From positions 1,059,476 to 1,123,475 of the forward strand of contig CP097971.1 in the NCBI GenBank assembly GCA_023703615.1: DNA of 64,000 bases. The letters run 5' to 3'. Of the stretch, positions 57,310-64,000 are shown in pieces (position 1 is the first letter of the stretch; each line of letters opens with the position of its first letter). Both the position numbers and the translations under genes were made by a program. The stretch comes from SAR86 cluster bacterium (GTDB taxonomy: Bacteria; Pseudomonadota; Gammaproteobacteria; Magnimaribacterales; D2472). The notes under the pieces are model-generated. The model was not told the origin of the DNA, did no database searches, and saw only the letters and a list, made by a program, of their open reading frames with translations.

Positions 57310-58011
57310 ATGGAAAGATTCAATAAAAGACATTCAGACGAATATCGGAAGTTAACAATAGAAAAAGATTTTAATATTCATGCTGAGGGTTCAGTTTTAG
57401 TCTCTTTTGGTAATACAAAAGTTATATGCACAGCAACTTTTGAAAATAATGTTCCAAGATGGATGAGAAACAGTGATGAAGGTTGGGTTACAGCAGAATA
57501 TGGAATGTTACCGAGATCAACAAATGAAAGGATGGGAAGAGAGGCTGCAAGAGGTAAGCAATCTGGACGTACTCAAGAAATACAAAGATTAATTGGACGG
57601 TCTCTTCGTCAAGCTGTCAATTTAAAATATCTTAAAGGAAAAACTATTAATATTGATTGTGATGTTATCCAGGCAGATGGTGGAACTAGAACAGCTTCAA
57701 TTACTGGAGGTTGTGTAGCTTTATTTCAAGCCATAAAAAATTTTCATGAAGATCAAAGAGCTATAAAAAATTTTGTTGCAGCTATTTCGTTAGGTGTTGT
57801 AAAAGGAAATGTCCTTTTAGATCTTGATTATGAAGAGGATAGTAGTGCTGATACAGACTTAAACTTAGTCATGACTGAAGAGTTAGAGCTTATTGAAATT
57901 CAAGGAACTGGTGAAACGTCAGCTTTCACTAAAAAACAGCTTAATGATATGCTTGATCTAGGATCCTCAGCTATTTCTGAGATTATAAAAATACAAAAGG
58001 CGTCTTTATAG
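57310..58011 (+). CDS. rph: Ribonuclease PH
   Basis: [66 protein letters not shown]. Confidence 0.95.
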   Translation: MERFNKRHSDEYRKLTIEKDFNIHAEGSVLVSFGNTKVICTATFENNVPRWMRNSDEGWVTAEYGMLPRSTNERMGREAARGKQSGRTQEIQRLIGRSLRQAVNLKYLKGKTINIDCDVIQADGGTRTASITGGCVALFQAIKNFHEDQRAIKNFVAAISLGVVKGNVLLDLDYEEDSSADTDLNLVMTEELELIEIQGTGETSAFTKKQLNDMLDLGSSAISEIIKIQKASL

Positions 58012-58014
58012 TAA

Positions 58015-58653
58015 GTGAAAGGTTATCAATCAAAATTTCTCAATTTAGCTCTTGAGGCTAATGCTTTAGAGTTTGGAGAATTCACATTAAAATCTGGAAG
58101 AAAAAGTCCATATTTTTTTAATGCTGCAAAAATGTTAAATGGCATTGATCTTAGTATCATTGCAGAGTCCTATGCTGAAGCGCTCAAGGGTTGTCAAACT
58201 TCTTTTGATTGTATCTATGGACCAGCTTATAAAGGAATTTTTTTAAGCACTTTATTAGGTATGTATCTCAATAAAGATAGAAAAAAGTACCCAATTTCAT
58301 TCAACAGAAAAGAAATAAAAAATCATGGAGAAGGCGGAAATATAATTGGCGCAATTCCTAAAGGAAACGTACTAATAATAGATGATGTCATTTCAGCAGG
58401 AACTGCAATTAGGGAATCAATTGAAAACATCAATAACATTGGAGCTATACCAAAGATAATACTAGTTGGTCTCGATAGACAAGAAAAGGGTTTGGGTAGC
58501 AAATCTGCTGCAAATGAGATACAAGAAAGTTATGGAATTCTTGTTCAATCTATAATCAATTTAGATACATTGATTAGTTTTTCAACTGAAAACAAAGATT
58601 TTCATAAATATCAGGATGAATTAATAGAATATAGAAAAAAATGGGGAGCCTAA
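58015..58653 (+). CDS. pyrE: Orotate phosphoribosyltransferase
   Basis: FGEFTLKSGRKSPYFFN, GPAYKGI, PRPP-binding VLIIDDVISAGTA. GTG start. Conserved rph-pyrE order. Confidence 0.93.
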   Translation: MKGYQSKFLNLALEANALEFGEFTLKSGRKSPYFFNAAKMLNGIDLSIIAESYAEALKGCQTSFDCIYGPAYKGIFLSTLLGMYLNKDRKKYPISFNRKEIKNHGEGGNIIGAIPKGNVLIIDDVISAGTAIRESIENINNIGAIPKIILVGLDRQEKGLGSKSAANEIQESYGILVQSIINLDTLISFSTENKDFHKYQDELIEYRKKWGA

Positions 58654-59265
58654 ATGTTTTCTGGAATTGTTGTTGGAACAGGAAAGGTTAATAAAGTCAT
58701 AAAATTCGAAGACTATAATGTGCTTGAAATTTCTTATCCAAAAGAATTTACAAAAAATCTTAAAAAGGGAGCCAGTGTTTCTGTGAACGGGGTTTGTTTA
58801 ACTTCGAAAAATAAAGGTTCAAAAATTCTTAAATTTGATGTCATCGAAGAAACATTAAAAAGAACAAATTTAAGAAATGTCTGTAAAAATGATTTTGTTA
58901 ATCTAGAAAGATCTATCAGCGCGTCTACTGAAATTGGTGGTCATTTGATGTCTGGACATGTTCACTATGCGGCAAAAATTCTTGAAATCGTCAATAAGAA
59001 AGGTATTAAAGATATTAAGATTAGTCTTAATGAAAAATATTCAGATTATGTCTTAGAAAAGGGCTACATTGGTATAAATGGATGCAGCATTACTATTGGC
59101 AAAGTTAATAAAAACTCGTTTCTAGTTCATTTAATTCCGGAAACTTTAGAAATAACAAATTTAAACTTTATTCAAAAAAACGACCTTGTAAATATTGAAA
59201 TTGATCAAAATACCATTGCCATAGTAGATACAGTAAAAAAAACCTTAGCTAGAAAGAAATCTTGA
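58654..59265 (+). CDS. ribE: Riboflavin synthase (alpha chain)
   Basis: MFSGIVVGTGKV, GASVSVNGVCLT, NLER, GGHLMSGHV, two lumazine-binding repeats, GINGCSITIG, HLIPETL. Confidence 0.9.
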   Translation: MFSGIVVGTGKVNKVIKFEDYNVLEISYPKEFTKNLKKGASVSVNGVCLTSKNKGSKILKFDVIEETLKRTNLRNVCKNDFVNLERSISASTEIGGHLMSGHVHYAAKILEIVNKKGIKDIKISLNEKYSDYVLEKGYIGINGCSITIGKVNKNSFLVHLIPETLEITNLNFIQKNDLVNIEIDQNTIAIVDTVKKTLARKKS

Positions 59266-60150
59266 TAAAACGGCCATTCTAATCGCTACTCCATTGGCAA
59301 TTTGTTCTCTAATAACTGTATTATCTGAATTATAAACATTTTCAGAAATTTCAATGAAATTAACTGGTCCAGGATGCATAAGAATTACGTCACCTCTTGC
59401 CAAGTCCAATCTTTCAGAAGTTAATCCAAAAGACTGTTTATATTCATCAAGATTAAGACTAGTATCTGTTTCAAACCTCTCATGTTGAATTCTTAAAGCC
59501 ATGATTACATCTGCATCAATAATTGCTTTATCTAAATTTGGTTCATATTTTCCTAAATTACTATTTTGATATTGAGTACACATCGATGGTTCTCCAGAAA
59601 ATGTAATATTATTTGAAGAAAATTTTGATATTCCTTCACAAAAAGAGGTTGTAACTCTTGAGTGATCTAAATCACCAAAAATCAAAATATTTAGGTTATC
59701 TAAAGAACTTTTATAGTCTTTTATAGTCATTAAGTCTATTAGTGTTTGGGTAGGATGTGAAATAGTACCCTCGCCAGCATTTATAAAAATAATATCTTGC
59801 ATATTAGGTGCTAATTCTCTTATGACTGAATCCTTATGCCTTAAAACACATAAATCTACCCCCATTAAGCTAAGAGCATCAATTGTTTCGTATATTGATT
59901 CGCCCTTTTGAATTGATGAACTAGCAACATCGAAATCAATAACTGTGCATCCTAAATTTTTTGCAGCAATTTCAAACGATGATTTTGTTCTTGTACTAGG
60001 CTCACAAAAAATATTTGCAATTGTCTTGTCGGGAAATAAATCTTCTTTTCTAAAAGATCCATCATCAGATTTAAATTGTTTTGCAAAATCAATTATTTCA
60101 ATAATTTCTTTTTTTGAGAGATCTTCAATTGATAAGAAGTCTTTAATCAT
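59245..60150 (-). CDS. pyrB: Aspartate carbamoyltransferase catalytic subunit
   Basis: FCEPSTRTKSSFE, LRHK, HPTQTLID, GDLDHSRV, MHPGPVN. Confidence 0.93.
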   Translation of the reverse strand: MIKDFLSIEDLSKKEIIEIIDFAKQFKSDDGSFRKEDLFPDKTIANIFCEPSTRTKSSFEIAAKNLGCTVIDFDVASSSIQKGESIYETIDALSLMGVDLCVLRHKDSVIRELAPNMQDIIFINAGEGTISHPTQTLIDLMTIKDYKSSLDNLNILIFGDLDHSRVTTSFCEGISKFSSNNITFSGEPSMCTQYQNSNLGKYEPNLDKAIIDADVIMALRIQHERFETDTSLNLDEYKQSFGLTSERLDLARGDVILMHPGPVNFIEISENVYNSDNTVIREQIANGVAIRMAVLSRFLSS

Positions 60151-60604
60151 TTAAAGAAACAATTGCATCCATTTCAATACTTACTCCCAATGGCAAACCC
60201 GAGACTTCAACAGTTGCTCTTGCTGGATACGGTTCACTAAAATATTCCATCATTAGTTCATTTACTTCGGCAAAATTCGATAAATCTGTTAAATAGATAG
60301 TTAATTTTACAATATCATTTAAATCAGAATTTGATTCTAAACATATATTTCTGAGATTGCTTATTACTTGGATGGCTTGGTCTTTTATAGATCCCTCAAC
60401 TAACTCACTAGTAACTGGATCTAAAGGAATTTGACCCGATACGAATAAAAAATTATTTGATTTTATGCCTTGTGAATATGGGCCAATTGCCTTTGGAGCT
60501 TTCTCAGTATAAACCCTTTCTTTGGTCATAATATCCTCAAGATTTTTTGTAGCACTCTCTAAGTATGCAATTGTACAGAAAAAACCCAAGAGAATCTTTA
60601 TCAT
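60143..60604 (-). CDS. ridA: RidA/YjgF family reactive-intermediate deaminase, with possible 26-aa hydrophobic N-terminal extension
   Basis: APKAIGPYSQG, FVSGQIPLDP, KLTIYL, PARATVEVSGLPLGVSIEMDA. The upstream ATG shares ATGA with the spoT stop. Alternative start at Met27 (60526). Confidence 0.85.
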   Translation of the reverse strand: MIKILLGFFCTIAYLESATKNLEDIMTKERVYTEKAPKAIGPYSQGIKSNNFLFVSGQIPLDPVTSELVEGSIKDQAIQVISNLRNICLESNSDLNDIVKLTIYLTDLSNFAEVNELMMEYFSEPYPARATVEVSGLPLGVSIEMDAIVSLND

Positions 60605-62790
60605 TTTTCATTTATTACTCTTATACAGCTAGAGGTAAATTTTTTAGACCTAACTTTTTGTGAAATTTTGTTTAACTCATTTAAATCTGTAACTTCAATA
60701 CCCATATCAAAACCAGTAAAATTTGAATCAATGTCTTTTGTTTGAACCGAATCAATATTAATACCTGCTCTTGTGAAAATTGATGTTAAATCTGATAGAA
60801 CTCCAACCTTATTTTCTGTGCTTATACTTAACTTAGCTATATATTGATTATTTTTTTTGCTTTTTCCCCACTTTGCATCTAGATATCTAGAATCTTTATC
60901 AATATACGGAGATACGCCTTTACATTTCTTATGGTGAATTACTATACCTCTGTCCGTATCAGAATGTGCAATAACACTATCGCCAAAAACTGGCGAACAG
61001 CATTTTGCATATACCACAGACACTCCTTCAATGTGATTATCAATTATTGTTAAAGCATTATTCGTTTCTAATTTTTTCTTCTTTCTTATTCTTAGACCAG
61101 AATAAAATCTCTCCGCAACAATATTACCTGTCCTTTTCCCTAGTCCTAAGTCAGTGAGAAGTTTGTTAAGTGAGGTCACTCCAATTGAGGATAATACTTG
61201 TTTCAAAACTTTACCTCTATAATCTGCAAGGCTTGATCCACTTCTTTTAAGTTCTGTTTCTAACATTACTTTTCCAGCTTTTCTTGCTGAGGAGACTTTT
61301 TGATTTCTAAGTCTAGATCTAATTCCACTTCTGGCTTTACTGGTTACAACAAAATTAAGCCAAACCGGATCAGCCTCAACAGTGCCATTTGAGGTAATGA
61401 TTTCAACAGTTTGTCCACTTTGTAATTCAATATTCAATGGTGCCTCTCTTCTATTAACCTTACATCCAATGATTTTATCTCCTAAATCAGTATGAACCTC
61501 ATAGGCAAAATCAATAGGTGTTGCTCCTGTTTTTAAACCATAAATATGCCCTTTTGGTGAAAATAAATATACTTCACTTGAATCTAAATCAGTCTTTATT
61601 GATTCAACAAACTCCATGGAATCAGATGATTTTTTGTGAAGATCTAATAATCCTTTTAACCACTTTCTTGCTCTTAATTCACTGCCTGGTTGAGAGTCCT
61701 TTGTTTTGTATCCCCAATGAGCAGCAATACCCATATTAGATGTTGCCCACATGGTTCTTGTTTGAATTTGAACCTCAATTGGAAATGCTTTTAAAGCGAG
61801 TAAGCTTGTATGCAATGCTTGATACCCATTAGATTTAGGAATAGCAATATAATCCTTAAACCTATTTTCTATTGGTGAGAAATAATTATGAATAACTCCA
61901 AGAGCTCTATAACAATCATCAATAGAATCGACTAAAATTCTGAAGCCATAAACATCTAATATTTCTGAAAAGGGTTTGTGTTTTGTTTTTATTTTGTTGT
62001 AAATGCTATAAAGATTTTTTTCTCTTCCCTTCACAGCTGGTCCATAAACACCATTATTTTTAAGATGTGATTTAAGCTCTTTTCTTATTTTTGTAATAAT
62101 TTTTTTTCTGCCACCGCTAGAATTTTTTATAGCATTTTCTAAAATTGAAGCTCTCATGGGATGCAGACATTTAAATGCTCTATCCTCAAGTTCAGATCTA
62201 ATATCTTGCATACCTACCCTAAGAGCAAGTGGACCATAAACTTCCAATGTTTCTTTTGAGATTTGTATTTGTTTATGTCTTGGAAGGTGTTCTATTGTTC
62301 GCATGTTATGCAACCTATCACAGAGTTTAACAAGAATAACTCTTACATCTTTAGCCATTGCAAGTGCCATTTTTTGAAAATTATTAGCATTTCTCTCTGC
62401 TTTATTCTTCATTTTAATTTTCCCAAGCTTGCTAACTCCATCAACAATATTTGCAACATCTTCGTTAAAAAGCTTGATGAGATTAGTTTTTTGTACGTTG
62501 CAATCTTCAAGAACATCATGCATTAGTGCAGAACAAATAGAATCTCTATCCATCTTTAAATCCAAAAGAATGTTAGATACCTCAACTGGATGAGTTATAT
62601 ATTTTGAACCATCTTTTCTTTTTTGACCGTCATGAGCATGAAAGGCAAAGGTATAGGCTTTTTGAATGATTTTTATATCTTTTGAATTTAAGTATGAAGA
62701 AGATGCCTTAAAAATTTTATTTGGTAAATTTAAGAGTTGAGTTTGAGAAAAGTTATTTATTAAGTGGTTTGGGAGAATTCTTTCACTCAA
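60601..62790 (-). CDS. spoT: Bifunctional (p)ppGpp synthetase/hydrolase SpoT/Rel
   Basis: HD hydrolase domain (HPVEV, LMHDVLED). Synthetase domain (DVYGFRILV, NRFKDYIAIPKSNGYQALHT with RxKD-type motif). TGS and C-terminal ACT-like regions. Confidence 0.93.
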   Translation of the reverse strand: MSERILPNHLINNFSQTQLLNLPNKIFKASSSYLNSKDIKIIQKAYTFAFHAHDGQKRKDGSKYITHPVEVSNILLDLKMDRDSICSALMHDVLEDCNVQKTNLIKLFNEDVANIVDGVSKLGKIKMKNKAERNANNFQKMALAMAKDVRVILVKLCDRLHNMRTIEHLPRHKQIQISKETLEVYGPLALRVGMQDIRSELEDRAFKCLHPMRASILENAIKNSSGGRKKIITKIRKELKSHLKNNGVYGPAVKGREKNLYSIYNKIKTKHKPFSEILDVYGFRILVDSIDDCYRALGVIHNYFSPIENRFKDYIAIPKSNGYQALHTSLLALKAFPIEVQIQTRTMWATSNMGIAAHWGYKTKDSQPGSELRARKWLKGLLDLHKKSSDSMEFVESIKTDLDSSEVYLFSPKGHIYGLKTGATPIDFAYEVHTDLGDKIIGCKVNRREAPLNIELQSGQTVEIITSNGTVEADPVWLNFVVTSKARSGIRSRLRNQKVSSARKAGKVMLETELKRSGSSLADYRGKVLKQVLSSIGVTSLNKLLTDLGLGKRTGNIVAERFYSGLRIRKKKKLETNNALTIIDNHIEGVSVVYAKCCSPVFGDSVIAHSDTDRGIVIHHKKCKGVSPYIDKDSRYLDAKWGKSKKNNQYIAKLSISTENKVGVLSDLTSIFTRAGINIDSVQTKDIDSNFTGFDMGIEVTDLNELNKISQKVRSKKFTSSCIRVINEK

Positions 62791-62808
62791 ATTGATCCTC
62801 CCACAGAA

Positions 62809-63084
62809 TTATCGATTGTTACTGTTATCTGTTTCGGGGTTCATAGGAGTAGAGAAACCATCAAGTAAAAGATCTTCTTCAAGTGTCTGTTCTAACATTT
62901 CGTTATCTATAAGACCTTCCTCTATCTCTCTAAGTGCAACCAAGGTTGGTTTATCATTATTCCATTCAACAAGAGGGTCTCTGGAAGTTGTTGCAAGCTG
63001 TCTTGCCCTTTTTGATGCCATGATTATTAAATCAAATCTACTTGGTATTTTTTGTAAACAATCTTCTACAGTAATTCTAGCCAT
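62809..63084 (-). CDS. rpoZ: DNA-directed RNA polymerase subunit omega
   Basis: [30 protein letters not shown]...[19 protein letters not shown] upstream. Confidence 0.94.
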   Translation of the reverse strand: MARITVEDCLQKIPSRFDLIIMASKRARQLATTSRDPLVEWNNDKPTLVALREIEEGLIDNEMLEQTLEEDLLLDGFSTPMNPETDNSNNR

Positions 63085-63124
63085 ATTAAACTCCTAATTG
63101 CGTATTTTAGTTCTTATTTGGTCA

Positions 63125-63745
63125 TTAAGACAACAAATCTCTTAATATCTTTTTATTTTGAGTATCATCTTGTATTTCTTTTTTAAAGAAAATAATACTT
63201 TTTAATGCTTCAAATGCCCTATTAAAATCATCATTTAATACAATGCAATCATATTCGTAGGCCATATCTAGCTCTTTTTTTGCATTTTCAAGCCTTAATT
63301 TAATCACATCATTAGAATCTAAATTTCTTTCAATAAGTCTTTTTTCAAGCTCGATGATACTTGGAGGCAAAATAAATATTGATGTACTAACGATATTGCT
63401 TTCTTTGATTTGTTTAAATCCTTGCGTATCAATGTCTAGTATTAAATTAATATTAGCGTTAATCTTTTTTTCCACATACGATCGTAAAGTTCCATATTGA
63501 TGATTATATACAATAGCGTGTTCCAAGAATGCATTCTTATTTTTAAGGTCATCAAACTCTTCTTTTGAAATAAAGAAATAATGCTCTGCATTTATCTCAC
63601 CATCTCGTGGTGGTCTAGTGGTTGCAGAGACAGATAGTTCTATATTTTTTTCACTTTGGATTAAATGTTTTATAAGAGATGATTTACCTGTTCCTGATGG
63701 AGCAGACAAAATGAATAAACTTGTTTTATCCTCTTTACTCAACAT
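63125..63745 (-). CDS. gmk: Guanylate kinase
   Basis: P-loop SAPSGTGKSSL, SATTRPPRDGE, YFF. The ATG at 63745 overlaps the yicC stop (AATGTTGAGTAA). ORF opens 9 codons further up at 63772. Confidence 0.93.
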   Translation of the reverse strand: MLSKEDKTSLFILSAPSGTGKSSLIKHLIQSEKNIELSVSATTRPPRDGEINAEHYFFISKEEFDDLKNKNAFLEHAIVYNHQYGTLRSYVEKKINANINLILDIDTQGFKQIKESNIVSTSIFILPPSIIELEKRLIERNLDSNDVIKLRLENAKKELDMAYEYDCIVLNDDFNRAFEALKSIIFFKKEIQDDTQNKKILRDLLS

Positions 63746-64000
63746 TCTGTATTTGTTCTCGCATTTCTTCAACTAATAGCTTTGATTCTAAGCCGAGTTT
63801 CTTATATGTAGGATCATCTAATTTTACCGATAAAGTATTAGTTTCTCGAAAAAGTTCTTGTAATATAAAGTCAATTTTTTTTCCACTGACTTTTTTTAAG
63901 GAAATATCATTCTTTAAAGATATTAAATGGAAAGATATTCTTTCTAGTTCTTCTGCAACATCGTGTTTGAGTGCAAGTATTGCTACCTCTTGTTCTAATC
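63735..64000 (-). CDS. yicC: YicC family protein, C-terminal part (5' end outside window)
   Basis: My own minus-strand translation: ...LEQEVAILALKHDVAEELERISFHLISLKNDISLKKVSGKKIDFILQELFRETNTLSVKLDDPTYKKLGLESKLLVEEMREQIQNVE*. This matches the YicC C-terminal pattern (GxKxDFxxQExxREzNT...REQxQNxE). Not in the ORF track because no start lies in the window. Confidence 0.8.
   Translation of the reverse strand, partial: LEQEVAILALKHDVAEELERISFHLISLKNDISLKKVSGKKIDFILQELFRETNTLSVKLDDPTYKKLGLESKLLVEEMREQIQNVE

Noticed and set aside
1-64000. CRISPR arrays, rRNA genes, IS elements, prophage or defence-island signatures, retron/DGR-type reverse transcriptases, toxin-antitoxin pairs
   Set aside because: No spaced direct repeats, no transposase/integrase/RT/nuclease-ATPase gene pairs and no long non-coding stretches were seen. 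Every ORF above ~120 aa is accounted for by a recognisable family or a shadow frame.

Overview
Visibly AT-rich, very gene-dense chromosomal segment. Intergenic gaps are mostly under 60 nt, and many start/stop overlaps are 4-17 nt. It comes from a gammaproteobacterium. The gene order (fis-purH-purD; lptD-surA-pdxA-rsmA-apaH; gmk-rpoZ-spoT-ridA; gshB-tonB-like-ruvX; amgK-murU; rpe-trpEGDC; tsaD/rpsU) is Pseudomonadales-like. A streamlined marine lineage such as SAR86 is a guess only. I call about 70 protein genes (first and last truncated by the window edges), two tRNAs (Ala-UGC and a CAU tRNA that looks like Ile2), one Fur box with an overlapping promoter, one clear intrinsic terminator and one short tandem repeat. 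I see no rRNA, CRISPR array, transposase, integrase, phage genes or toxin-antitoxin-like pairs. Most of the window is ordinary housekeeping. I did not find a clear-cut, self-contained novel system. The best candidates for undescribed biology are: (1) a secreted DUF305 x2 + LVIVD beta-propeller fusion, tightly linked to a staphylococcal/eukaryote-type (type II, Fumble-like) pantothenate kinase homologue and a membrane di-iron hydroxylase (3.3-7.6 kb); (2) a DASS transporter / signal-peptide-bearing fumarate-lyase-superfamily enzyme / exported SGNH hydrolase operon fused directly behind tRNA-Ala (10.1-13.8 kb); (3) a minimal SF2 helicase and a thioredoxin-fold protein translationally coupled to the end of trpEGDC (34.8-36.5 kb); (4) a DmdA-like GcvT-family enzyme that looks compositionally distinct (18.5-19.8 kb). 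All functional calls rest on motif recognition in the supplied translations. No database search was run.
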